Positions 51,791 to 64,000 of a stretch of DNA of 64,000 nucleotides are shown here, one piece after another; positions within the stretch are counted from its first letter, which is position 1, and the number at the start of each line of letters is the position of its first letter. Where the stretch lies: contig JAXLNO010000029.1 in NCBI GenBank assembly GCA_038087875.1, forward strand, positions 1 through 64,000. The letters run 5' to 3'. The DNA is from Malacoraja senta. Its lineage: Eukaryota. The notes under the pieces were generated by a model. The model saw nothing but the letters and a program-made list of their open reading frames with translations, ran no database searches and was not told where the DNA came from. Both the position numbers and the translations under genes were made by a program.

Positions 51791-54700
51791 ACCTGAACAC
51801 TAACAAAACGAAATGCCGACATAGCCCGACAAGCACGATACCTTAAGAAACAGAAAAAAATACTAAATACCTGGACTGCAAACTGTAAAATCTTTATTAA
51901 ATTAAATGGAACACCAGAGGAAGCCAAAGTGCTGGTCATCAGAGATATTACAGACCTGGACAAATACCAATGATCATAAAACGGGAAAACACTGGAAGGA
52001 ATTCAGTCATTTACATCTGGAAATGGCAGTCAAGTAATTAAAATAATAAGCGAAAAGAAACAACTGAAGTTACAACCATTTGAATATACCGATCACAATT
52101 TACAGGATTTGGAATACGATATAGACCCGGACAATAATTTTTACTTTAATTCTAACGACAAAAATATCTGCTGCTACTACACAGAGGAACAGTATAATCA
52201 GAATATTAATGCAAAAGGCAAATTATCTATTATCCACTTTAATAGCAGGAGCCTCTATGCGAATTTCAATAGTATTAAAGAGTATTTACAAAAAATTTTA
52301 CAGCCATTCAATGTCATCGCAATATCTGAAACATGGATTAATCAAGAAAAGGGAATTGATTTTGAGATGGACGGATATGATTTCAATTACATCAATAGAA
52401 AAAATAAGGGGGGAGGAGGGGTAGCACTATATGTGGATACAACTCTGAATTATAAGGTAGTAGATAATATGACAACTGTGGTTGACAATCTGCATGAATG
52501 TATAACTATAGAAATAATTAATGGTGGAAATAAAAATGTAATCATTAGTTGTATATATAGGGCACCGGGGTCAAGTATTGAAATCTTCAGGGGCTGGATG
52601 GAGAGTATGTTTTCAGCAACAAGTAGTAAATCAGTGTTTTTATGTGGAGATTTCAATATTGACCTACTAAATCCTAATCAACACAACCTTACAGAAGAGT
52701 TTATTAATACTATGTACAGCATGAGTCTATTTCCTAAAATCACTAGACCGAGTAGAATTACTTCCCATTGCGCTACACTCATTGACAATATATTTAACAA
52801 TGATGTGGAAAATAAAATAGTAAGTGGATTATTAATTAATGATATAAGTGACCATCTGCCAGTTTTTATAGTTTATGATAATATCCACAGGAACAACAAA
52901 CCAAACAAATTAATAGAATATAGACGAGTGAGATCGGAGGAAGCTATCAATGCACTAAAAAAGGATCTATTGGCACAAAACTGGGATATAATATACCAAA
53001 AAAGAGACATTGATAGTGCTTATGAAATTTATTGCTATGTTTAAGTTATTATATGATAAAAATTGTCCAATTAAAGAATATAATAGAAAATCAAAATATA
53101 CTAAATGTCCATGGATTACAAAGGGATTACAAAATGCTTGTAAAAAAAAAAAAGCCCTATACAGAGATTTTATAAGAGAGAGAACTAAAGATACAGAAAA
53201 TAAATATAAAAAGTATAAAAATAAATTAACTTACATCATAAGAGAAAGCAAGAAAGATTATTATAAGAAGAAATTAGATGACAATAAAGACAATATAAAA
53301 AGAATATGGAGCATACTTAATAGCATTATCAGAAATGGTCCGGGGAGAACAAATTACCTGAAGTATTTTATTGATAATGATAAGGAAAATTACAATATGG
53401 AAGATATAGCTAATAGCTTTAATAATTTTTTTGTAAATATTGGACCAGACCTGGCTAAACAAATCCCTGATTCAGGGACATCTGGAGAAACTCCTGAGAA
53501 TTTAGTGGAGAGAAATCCCTGCTCTATGTTTCTTACGGCAGTAGAAGAAAAAGAACTGTTGGATATTGTCAAAACATGTAAAAATAAAAAGTCTACCGAT
53601 TTCAATGACATTGACATGTCGCTAGTTAAGATGGTCATTGAGGGGATCTCCAAACCTTTAACATTCATCTGTAATTTATCCTTCCAAACCGGTACTTTTC
53701 CAATTCAAATGAAAATAGCAAAAATAATACCAATATACAAAACTGGGAACAAGCATCATTTTACAAACTATAGACCTGTTTCCTTACTCCCACAATTTTC
53801 CAAAATATTAGAAAAAATGTTTAATAATAGATTAGACAAATGTGTAGAAAAGAATAAATTAATCACAGAAAGTCAATATGGATTCAGAACAAATAGATCA
53901 ACATCACTTGCAATACTAGAATTAATTGAAGACATCACAAACGCCATTGATAAGAAATTATATGCAGCTGGGATATTCATTGACATAAAAAAAGCATTTG
54001 ATACAATTAATCATGATATTTTATTTAAAAAATTGGAGAGGTATGGAAGTAGAGGAATAGTACTGGACTGGATTTTACTTCGGAGTCCCGTGAGTGACTA
54101 CGTGAAGAAGCCCGTCAGTGCGCCTGCGCGTCATTACGTCAGACGCCTTGACGCAAACGGACGTGAGGAGCAGTGCTCCTCGAGTGGTTTGTAGTTTTTC
54201 AACTACAAGGTAAGTAAAAACTTTTTTACAGGTTTTTCAGGTCCGTTTACTGTGGGTCTATGGCGATTTTTTCCACAGACGCCATGGGAAAAAACGGACA
54301 GGGGGAAGAGGCGAGCGACATAGCCGACAGAAGTCGGGAAAGTCGGGAGTCCGCGGTTAGAGACCAACCGCCTCTAAACCCCAGTACAGTCGCCAGCGGT
54401 GAGCATTGCGACTGTGGACCTGGGACTGGTGAAAACACAGTCAGTGCCTGTCGGGCAAAAGACAAAGTTTAAATCCCAACGGAGGGAGTCCCAGGCAATG
54501 AAGAAGCTCCAGGGCTAGATACTGCTTTAGAGCGTATTGCCCAAATAGAAAGCCTTTTACACAGGCTGTTGGAGCAACGTTCACTCAGTGAGGAGTGTTC
54601 TGAAAGCCAAGCTGCTGGAAACAGCTCAAACAGCTCCTGGTACAGGGCTAGATACTGCTTTCGAGCGTATTGCCCAAATAGAAGCCTTTTTCATAGGTTG

Positions 54701-55499
54701 TTGGAGCAAAAGTTCACTCAGGAAGGAGTGTACTGTAATCCAAGCTGCAGGAGCAGCTTAACAGCACCTGGCTCAGGGCTGATGGAATGCACTCAGGAAT
54801 GAGGAGCGTGCTACGGGTCATGAGATTTCAGACCCCGACTCTGACGGTGAGGCTGTACAAGGCGATGAAAGGCAGCTGCCAGATGTTTCAACCCTGGTAG
54901 TAGGATTCGCTGCCCCGTCAGGGTCAGGAGAGCCATTAGGAAGAACTGGCCTCCTTAATAAATTACTTGGTTTACCATTAGCTGGAACAGCATGAAATGG
55001 ATGAGACTGCAAGAGTATCTGGAATCAGTTGCAGAGAATATTAAAGCTGCTGGGTTCTGGAATAACTGCTTTTACCAGAATAGCAGGTAACAACCAAAAG
55101 ATGACGAAGTTGCATCAGCAAGCACTGGGGTTGCTATGCAGCACCCACTTCGAGAAGTGCTATACGGTCTACTATGAATCCGAAATTCGCAGCACTCTGC
55201 AAACCAAGTAATATACAAATTACCCAACTTACTCTTTGGAGAGATCTCGGGAGACGTATTAAAGAGTTGGAAGATGAAGCGAAAACAGGATTGATGAAGA
55301 CATCAATGGTTGTGAAGTCTGTAAAGAGGAAGTATCCTTTCAGACGTCATAAGGATCCTGGACCAAGTCGCTCATCAACGCAGGGACGTAGTTGGCGGCC
55401 TGCAGCGGGAGCAAGAACCAGTGGGCGTGCTTCCGGGAGAACCCAGGAATCTCAGGGTACTGAAATTACTCAAGAGGTAGGTGGACCTGGTTCTCATGG

Positions 55500-57372
55500 G
55501 AACATACTAACTGGATTAAGTCCAAAAGTTGGAGGCAGGTTACATTTCTTCTATAATAATTGGAAGAAAATTACTTCAGATGTGGTAATCCTGAATAATA
55601 TACAAGGATTTCGAATTGAATTCAATCCAAATTATGATTTGCCTGTTCAGCATGTTCCTAGCCGAACTCTGCACTTTGTACAAAAAGAAGTGATGGAGGT
55701 TCAGGTTGCAATTGAAACCCTATATAAAAAAAAAGGGGTTATTGAAAAATCAGTCTACCAAAGTCACCAATTTGTGTCAAAAATATTCCCTCGATCAAAA
55801 AAGGATGGAGGATGTAGGATTCTTGTAGATTTGATAAATCTGAATCCTTTTGTGCAATTTAGACATTTTAAAATGGAAACATTTGTGACTGCCAAACAGC
55901 TTATTTCAGAAGCATGTTATATGGCAACTATAGACTTGAAAGATGCATATTATTCAGTGTCTGTTCATTCAGAAGATAGGAAGTATCTTAAATTTAAATG
56001 GATGAACCAGTTGTGGCAGTTCAAAGCTCTGCCTAATGGGTTAATATCTGCACTCAGAATATTCACAAAAATTGTTAAAACCAATTCTGGGCTTGCTGAG
56101 TAGCCAGGGACATGTACTAATGGCATATTTGGATGATGTCTTGATTATAGGAAAGACAAAACAGTCAACAGAAGTATCTGTTACAGTTGTGAAATCAACT
56201 TTTGAAAAGTTGGGGTTTCTAATTCATCCACAGAAATCTAGGTTAACACCATGTACCTCTATTAATTATTTGGGGTTCACAATTGATTCAGTCCAAATGA
56301 ATATCACTTTGCCCAGGGAAAAGGGTGGATTTGATTAAAGATTGCAGTAATCTCCTAAACGAGCAAAAACCTTCAATTAGACAGGTGGCTCGTGTACTGG
56401 GAAAATTAGTAGCAGCATTCCCAGCAGTCCAATTTGGACCATTACATTATCAACAGCTGCAGAGACTTAAAGAACAGGCACCGAGAATGCATGTTGGTCA
56501 TTTTGATAGAACCATGCAACTAACGACAAATGCTGTTTCTGGTCTGCAGTGGTGGATTCTACATGTCTCAAGCAGTTCCAGCAAAGTGCTGATTGAACAA
56601 CCTTCCATGATATTACAAACTGATGCCAGTGCACCAGGATGGGGTGCAACTGACTTAACATCTAGCTGAGGAGGCAGATGGAATCAGGAAGCGTCATTGT
56701 TACTGCAGACATGGGGAATTAACTATTTGGAGCTTCTAGGATGTTTCTATGGGCTCCAAGCTTATTGTTCTAACACAACTAATAAGCATGTTCAAGTTCA
56801 AATTGATAACACAACAGTAGTTGTTTATATTAATGATATGGAATTAAGTCGGTGTCTTGTGACAAAATGGTTAATCAACTTTGGGCTTGGTGTATTGAAA
56901 AGAACATTTGGATTTCAGCTATCTATCTACCAGGGAGAATGAACGATAGCAGACACCAAGTCACGAAAAGTTCCATGATAATAAAGAATGGATGTTGAAT
57001 CAAGAGGTATTCAATGATATAGTCATCAGATTTGGAATGACCGACATCGACTTGAATCATCAGCTATCGAGATATGTCTCATGGAAACCAGATCCAGGAG
57101 CAGTGGCGATTGATGCTTTCTCGCTACATTGGGGTGGTATGTTTTCATATATATTTCCACCTTTCTGCCTCATAAGCCAATGTTTGCTTAAAATCAGGCA
57201 AGATGCTGCTTCAAGGGTATTGGTAGTACCAGATTGGCCTACACAGCCATGGTATCCGTTGATATTAGAATTAACAACACAAATGTTGATGAAAGTCCCA
57301 AAAAAGAGTAATTTATTGCTGCTCCCTGTACAGGGGAACAACATCCATTATATGATTGTTTGGATTTGTTGA
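55500..57372 (+). pseudogene. DIRS RT, RNase H and Dam-like methyltransferase region
   Basis: VGGRLHFFYNNW, FKMET, IDLKDAYYSV, LPNGL, AYLDDVLI, QTDASAPGWG, INYLELL, IDNTTVV, DAFSLHW...YIFPPF...VVPDWPTQPWYP; multiple frameshifts. Confidence 0.9.
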
Positions 57373-57399
57373 TTTGCAGGTTTTAAGAATGCCTTTTCT

Positions 57400-58351
57400 G
57401 GGACGAGGACTGTCTGAGCATACTGTGGACATGCTTACGGCAGCCTGGAGGAAGAGCACTCAAAAACAGTACCTTTCTTATATTAAGAAATGGGAAAAGT
57501 TCTGGGTACAAAAGAATGTGCAATAAAGTACTGCAGATATTTCAAATGTTTAGAATTTCTGTCAAAACTTTATTATGATGAAGGTCTGAGTTGTAGTGCA
57601 ATTAATTCAGCCAGAAGTGCATTGTCCTCATATTTGGTTCTGGATTCAGAAAGAAACTCAATTGGGTCACACCCAATTGTTTCCAGACTAATGAAAGGAA
57701 TCTTTAATTCCAAACCACCGAAACCTAGGTACGTGACAATCTGGGATGTAAGTGTGGTACTGAAACTACTTCGTGATGGTTATCAAGTGTGTCTTTACCT
57801 TTGGTCAAGCTCAGTATGAAAGTATTCATGTTTATGGCATGAGTGACAGCACAACGAGTGCAAACACTTGGAAAATTACAAATAGATAGTATGGAAGTAA
57901 CTGAAGACAAGGTTACATTCTATATCTATGACCTAATAAAGCAAATTAGGCCAGGTGTGACAGGATTTAAAATTATGCTGGCAGCATATCCAAATGATCC
58001 ATGTCTTTGTATTAAGACATATTTATTACAATACATTGAGGTCACAAAGAATTTGAGAATACGGAAACTGGGTTTTTGATCACACACAAGAAACCACACA
58101 AGAGAGTTTCAATACAGACTATTTCCAGATGGATAAAAGAAGTCTTAACAGCTCCTGGTATTAACACTTATGTTTTTACGTCTCACTCGACTAGGGCAGC
58201 AGAAATGTCGGCGGCCAGGGCAAAAGACGGCCCCGTCGACCATATCCTCGCAGCCGCCGGGTGGTCCAATGAGTTGATGTTTCAACATTTTTACCATCGG
58301 CCTATTGTTAATGCGGGGTTGTTTGCAGAAACTATTTTAAGTTCTGTGTAA
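57400..58351 (+). pseudogene. DIRS tyrosine recombinase
   Basis: INSARSALSS...HPIVSRLMKGIFN (N-terminal), AQRVQTL (catalytic R), HSTRAA (HxxR), AAGWS, FQHFYHR (catalytic Y). Confidence 0.9.
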
Positions 58352-60268
58352 ATTCCTCTGGTTTAAAGGGGATCTGATTCATTTCATTCTTGAAATGAAT
58401 TACTGCATTTGTGGTACAAATGTTATTATGAATGCATGATTGATTATTCTCGTTCCGAGTCAATCTATGCAGTGAGAAGCCGGGATTGATCCACGGCATG
58501 AAATCACAAAGCTTTAAAATCTTCACGTAGTCACTCACGTGACTCCGAAGTAAAATAGTAAGATTAAACGAGAACTTACCTAAGTTTGAAGTTTGATCTT
58601 TATTTTATGAGGAGTTACGTAGGTGATTACGTGCCCGCCACGACCCTACCCTCTATCATAAAGGTCAGATGGAAGTTCTTGTATTACTCGTTTTAGTATG
58701 AGACTATATTACTTCGGTTCTTGTTTTTTGTGATTTCACACCGCTGCTTTGAAGATTGACGCGCAGGCGCACTGACGGGCTTCTTCACGTAATCACCTAC
58801 GTAACTCCTCATAAAATAAAGATCAAACTTCAAACTTAGGTAAGTTCTCGTTTAATCTTACTATTAAAAGCTACTTAAGTAACAGGCAACAGTTTGTAAA
58901 TCTGGGTAGTCATAATTCTACATGCTTGGACATTGTGTGTGGTGTACCACAGGGGTCAGTGCTGGGCCCAAAATTATTTATCATGTACATAAATGATATT
59001 TGTAATGTGTCCAATGTCTTGAGGCTGGTTTTGTTTGCAGATGATACAAATATTTTTTGTTCTGGGGAAAATTTAAAACAGCTATTGGATAAAATAATAA
59101 AAGAAATGGGTAAATTGAAAATATGGTTTGATAGGAATAAAATTTCATTAAATCTGAGTAAAACTAAAATAATGTTATTTGGTAATTGTAGAATAAATAC
59201 ACTAGTAAGTATAAAGATAAATGGGGTGGAAGTTGAAAGAGTGCATGAAAATAAATTTCTTGGGGTTATAATTGACGATAAAATAAGCTGGAAATCACAT
59301 ATTAAACATGTAAAATTAAAATTGTCAAAAAGTATCTCTGTATTATACAAAGCCAAGCAAGCTCTGGATTACAAATCACTCCGTATTCTTTATTGTTCAT
59401 TAATTTTACCCTACTTAAATTATTGTGCAGAAGTCTGGGGTAATAATTATAAAAATTCGATACACTCATTAACCATGATGCAAAAAAGAGCAATTCGTAT
59501 TATCCATAATGCTAAGTATCTGGGTCATACGAATCCATTATTTTTAGAGTCAAAATTATTAAAATTAGAAGATTTGGTCACATTCAAAACAGCTCAGATA
59601 ATGTTTAGGGCCAAAAATAAAAATTTACCTGGAAACATTCAAAAATTATTTAACGAGCGTGTGGGGGGTTACAATTTAAGAGGAATATTTAACTTTAAGA
59701 AACAAAAAGTCCGTACGACTAGAAAAACCTTTTGTATTTCGGTTTGTGGAGTAGGAGTGTGGAATAAATTGAACGGGGAATTGAAGCAATGCACAAACAT
59801 GAATCATTTTAAAATGATATATAAAAAAATAATTCTCAAGGGGTACAGGGATGGAGGGGATGGTTGACAAGTGGGGGTTGATGTTTATCTTGCTTTGCTA
59901 TTGTTTACTTATGTTTGGGTACTTCAGATATGAAGATTGTATGTACATAATAGTTGTATGTATATATATATCTGTAGGTATTATGGGAAATTGCCTAGGC
60001 TAGTATTATTATTAGTAATGAATTGATTTTTAAATATGATAGAAGTGTTGGGGAAAAGGGGTGAGATTTAATGTTATTCTTCTTCTCACTCCTTTTCGAG
60101 CTTGTACAGACACAGAGTTGGACATTGGAACTTTGATTTTGTTCTTCTCATTGCTTTGTAAATATTGATTGTAATGTCCAATTGTTGGATAATTTCGATT
60201 TTGTTAATATTAATGTCTTTAATGTCTTTACTTGTTCGGAATAAATAAATAAATAAATAAATAAATAA

Positions 60269-60530
60269 ATACTTTAGATTTACTAGTTTCACCTTGCTTT
60301 ATTCCAAGAGGCACCACTGTCGTATTGTTGTACATCGATAATACTTGCTTGGTTTCATCCACATCCTTTGCATGCATCTTGGGAATGATGTTACATGTGG
60401 CTCCACTGTCTAGCCGGAATTCTACTTCCTTCTCTTCCAGCATCGTGGTCGCAAAGATTTTCTTTGGGAATTGAGTCTCCTCAACACCATGAACACTCTG
60501 CTTTTGATGCTTCTGGTTGCAGTTCCACTG
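60269..60530 (-). mobile_element. Upstream half of the same Gypsy pol (aspartic protease)
   Basis: VEFRLDSGATCNIIP; joins 51790 to restore ...LVNLKY|GRRYKVEF. Confidence 0.88.
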
Positions 60531-60544
60531 TTAGGCTGTGGGCC

Positions 60545-61314
60545 AAGGAGCTTTTTCGTTCAAGTTCGTGACCCAACTCACGATACTACCTGAATTTTTA
60601 ACATATTGTGTAAAAATATTATATAAATCATACCTGAAACTCGTCAAGACCAAAATCTGCACATTTTTTACAAATATGAGAAAAAGCTCCGAGTTGTAAT
60701 TGTCCAATCAATGCACGTTTGACATTGACGTCGGACGCAAATTGACCAATCCCACGCTTTGTTTTATGGTCGCTAGGCAGCGATGACCCTGGGATCATGG
60801 CTGCCTCCTCATTACATCAAAACAATAACAAGGTTTCCAAGGAATGAAGGTTATGCTAACCTTGCTGATTATTTTGTTTTTCAATTGATTTATCTGTATA
60901 AAGTTAGGGTCAATCAGTGAGTCAGTCGGATATTCAGTCAGTCAGACGGTCGGTCGATCAATCGGTCAGTCTGTCGGTCGGGCTTGTCGGTAGGCCGATG
61001 GATGATGTGGAGGATCGGTCGGGCTGTCGGGCTGCCGGTGGGTGGTGAACGTTGGGGCGGGCCGCTGGTGGGTGGTGAGAGTGGTGAATGACAGGCAAGA
61101 AAGAAGACCAATCTGCTGATATAGCGATTTTTAAAACCTTCATAACTTTTGTAATCCTCCACCGATTGGAACAAAGCTTGGTGCACGTGGAGGAGCGGAG
61201 ACCAGTGAGTAAGGTGGCACAAAAATCCTAGCAATAAACGGTACAATTTCTGTTCAAATTTAAAGAAAGGCAAACCGGAAGTTGTCAAGATGAGAGTTTT
61301 AGTAATAGTATAGA
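60545..61314 (-). mobile_element. Possible non-autonomous Helitron (5' part)
   Basis: Minus-strand start A|TCTATACTATTACTAAAAC; internal tetranucleotide-type (CAGT/CGGT) repeats; no 3' hairpin-CTAG seen. Confidence 0.45.
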
Positions 61315-61569
61315 TAATTATACATATTATGTATGATTACAGTCATGTTCACGTCATATACATACATATATATACACATATATAGTATAATAATATATGG
61401 TTTAAATAGACCACAGCAGGGAATTAGGCTCCCCATGGTGTAATATGGGCATAGGACACTAAATGGGGCTTACTTTTACAATCTAATTTTCTAATTAGTT
61501 TAATTAATTAATGTGCAACTTTTGGCATTGATGAGTTATGACTTCCTTCTCAATTATATTTTATCTAAA

Positions 61570-62455
61570 TCTGTGCAAAATTTCATGTAGTTCCGAGACA
61601 TGGGTCATGAAAGTTAAATTCTAGACATTTCTGAAGCTCGGCCCACAGCCTATGTGTGAATTTCATCATACTCTTGAATGTCATTATACTCATCACTGGA
61701 GATCTCCACTCCCCCCACTGCATGCACAGATTTGTTGCCTTTCTTTTCTTTCTTCTGGTTCTTCTGTTGCACCTGCTTTTCCATCCATTGTGATGCAAAA
61801 TGATCTATCTTATGGCATTTGAAACACTCCTGGCCAGATGTTGGACATTTCTCCTTCTTCCTCTCATGTTTGTGTCCGCAGTATTTACACTGTATGGTTG
61901 GCTGGTATCTTGTCCCCTCTTGTCTTACTGCACAGACATCTTGTCGTTGGTCACCTAACAGGACATCAACTCTGGCCTTGGAAAGCCTGGCATGCCTTCA
62001 CACAATTTTCATCTCTTATGCCTCATATTATGCTATCACTTATAAGTGAATCCTTCAACTCTCTGAAATTGCAATGAGCTACCAAGAGCTTCAGTTCTGT
62101 TTAGAACAAATGTTTCCCCTCTTCTTGGCACCTTGTAAAGAATCAATACCTGTCGATGGTCTCGTTCCTCACGGGTTAGCAATGCTGTTCAAAAGCATCG
62201 AGAGCCTGCATTAGTGTCACTTCTTGTACGTTGCCATCCGGTGTCCGTGTCCCTCGCGGTTTTATTGTTTGGTAGAGCTCTCTCCCTTGTGGTCCAACTA
62301 GGTACATGAGCATTTTCCTCTTTATCTTATCATCCTTCCCTGTCATGCTCAAATCAACATAGAGCTCAAACTCGTCCCTCCATTGGCTCCACTCCATTGG
62401 TATATCCGTCCATGATATATCCGCATTCAGACTTCTTCAGAGATTCTTCCATCTT
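61570..62455 (-). mobile_element. Second Gypsy remnant (gag N-terminus plus deleted pol pieces)
   Basis: WSQWRDEFELYVDL...MLMYLVGPQGRELY...LDAFEQHC*PVRNETIDRY. Confidence 0.75.
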
Positions 62456-62539
62456 CTAGAAGTAAGCATCATTTGGTTATTGGTCTTATTAAAACATTGT
62501 TTTTAGTTTGAAGTCGTACCGTGTGCACCAAACCCATAA

Positions 62540-64000
62540 CATCAGGCATAATACCGTATATTGTCCAAAACACAAAGCCCAAAGTTTGACAGCATGAAAC
62601 GTTTTCCTCCATGTCCAATCAACTCTTGGATATGTTGTAACAATGATGTTGAAGCGTGAAAATCATTCGAGAGAATAATAGGATTTTTAACAATAACGTT
62701 CACTGTGATGTTTTGTTTAATTTCTGGATCATTAGCAGAGGTTTCAAATCCCAGCTCATGTTTTGGCCATTCCCTGTCTGGCTTACAGAGAAACTCTTGT
62801 CCATTGATCCATCTCTTATTGCTTAAGAAGCGGTCTGCTGTCAGTCCTCTGGAAGCTTCATCCGCAGGATTTTCTTTTGTGTTAAAATATTTCCATGAAT
62901 GATACATCAGTTGCTCCCAATGCTCTTTCCATTGCCAAATTGTCTTTGTCCAAATCTAACTCTCTGGTCTCTTTGGCTCTATCATCTGGTAGAATGCTTC
63001 CAATACAACGCGACTGATGCTGATCCACTTGGAAAGCATGAATCTTCCCTTATTCCAGAGGGAAGTCAGATGTTTTACCATTTGAATTGCTTCCTGCTCA
63101 GTAGACATGGATTTTAAACAATCACCCACATAGAAATGATTCTTCAAAGTGGTTATCATTCCACTGTAAAATGAACTTTGTGGTCCTCTGCGGTCTTCTT
63201 TGACGCAAAGTTCACACAACTTGGTGATGACACTGCTCCAAAGAGATGTACCTTCATCTGGTATTCAACAAGATCTTGCTGTACATCCCCTTCAGGCCAC
63301 CATACGAATCGCAGGTAGTCAATGTGTTTTTCTGATACTTTGACGATGAAACATCGCTCTGATATCAGCCATCAAAGCAATTGGTTCTTATCTGAATTTA
63401 ATGAGAACTCCAATGAGTGAGTTGGTAAGGTCTGGACCTTACAGTAGTTGACAGTTAAGTGAGGTTCCTTTGAAGACTGCAGCCCAGTCAAAGACCATCC
63501 TCAAAGTCCCTTTCTTCGAGTGATACACCCCATGGTGCGGAATGTATCATAGCTCTCCATCACTTCGATTCAGTTGGTTTGTTGGTACCAGTTCGGCATA
63601 ATCTTTGTCAATCATATCCTTTTGGAAAGATGTATATTCCTCATGAAATTTCGTATTCTTGCCAAACTTGCGTTTCAAATTTAGGATGCGTTGCTCTGCC
63701 GTATGACGATTATTTGGCAGACTAACACTTTCTTGTTTGAAAGGGAAGTCCAAACAATAGTGTCCGTCCATTATCTTTACTGAGTAGTTCATAATATCCA
63801 AGAACTTTAACTCTTCCCTGGACATTTCTTCAGATTCCTTACTAGTTCTTTCATTGAAGTCATGATTGTATTGCTTGATCAATAGCTTTTCTAATTTACC
63901 AGTAGATATTTGATTAACAGCAGCGGCAGGATAGTTCTTCTGGTTTCCGCTTTCATTGTTCCTTCTCAAGGAGCCATAGATAACCAATCCTAGTAGGGTT
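62540..64000 (-). mobile_element. BEL/Pao pol fragment, runs off the window end
   Basis: LPNNRHTAEQRILNLKRK, YIPHHGVYH, GPDLTNSLIGVL, MADIRAMF, VHLFGAVSSPS, FYVGDCLKS, ENPADEASRGL. Confidence 0.92.

Larger units (their letters stand above)
54072..58865 (+). mobile_element. DIRS1-type tyrosine-recombinase retrotransposon, structurally complete, ORFs decayed
   Basis: Inverted termini (acgtgaagaagcccgtcagtgcgcctgcgcgtca at about 54100; its reverse complement at about 58757-58790); internal complementary region about 58520-58633; RT (IDLKDAYY, AYLDD), RNase H (QTDAS), methyltransferase-like and YR domains; ATT at both ends. Confidence 0.95.
51791..60268 (+). mobile_element. L2/Crack/Daphne-type (CR1-group) LINE: ORF1 end, ORF2 and 3' UTR; interrupted by DIRS
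   Basis: ORF1 end (LTKRNADIARQARYLKKQKKILNTWTANCKIFIK); APE 52109-53044 (HFNSRS, ISETW, CGDFN, ISDHLPVF); RT 53010-54074 and 58866-59867 (GVPQGSVLGP, LFADDT); (AAAT)n tail; ATAC at both junctions. Confidence 0.92.

Overview
Eukaryotic, repeat-dense vertebrate DNA. The repeat repertoire (V-SINE/HE1-like SINEs, CR1, Rex1/Babar, Penelope) suggests a cartilaginous fish such as a skate or ray; this is inference. I see no intact host gene. Main contents: (1) a 19.6-kb head-to-tail array of four internally deleted class-I-like endogenous retroviruses sharing five LTRs (12487-32105, minus strand). (2) Three 3' exons of a decayed RalGDS/RGL-like gene (35561-48139, plus), one of them inflated by a 21-bp coding minisatellite; the ORF track misses the gene as a whole. 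(3) A nested stack: a full-structure DIRS tyrosine-recombinase retrotransposon inside an L2/Crack-type LINE inside a Gypsy pol, abutting a hAT remnant (48498-60530). (4) A full-length Tc1 hit in its first catalytic codon, a spliced THAP-domain relic, CR1/RTE/Rex1/Penelope/BEL/Gypsy fragments, MITEs and many SINEs. Penelope-derived hammerhead-ribozyme-like motifs recur throughout. All family assignments come from motif recognition by eye, not database searches.
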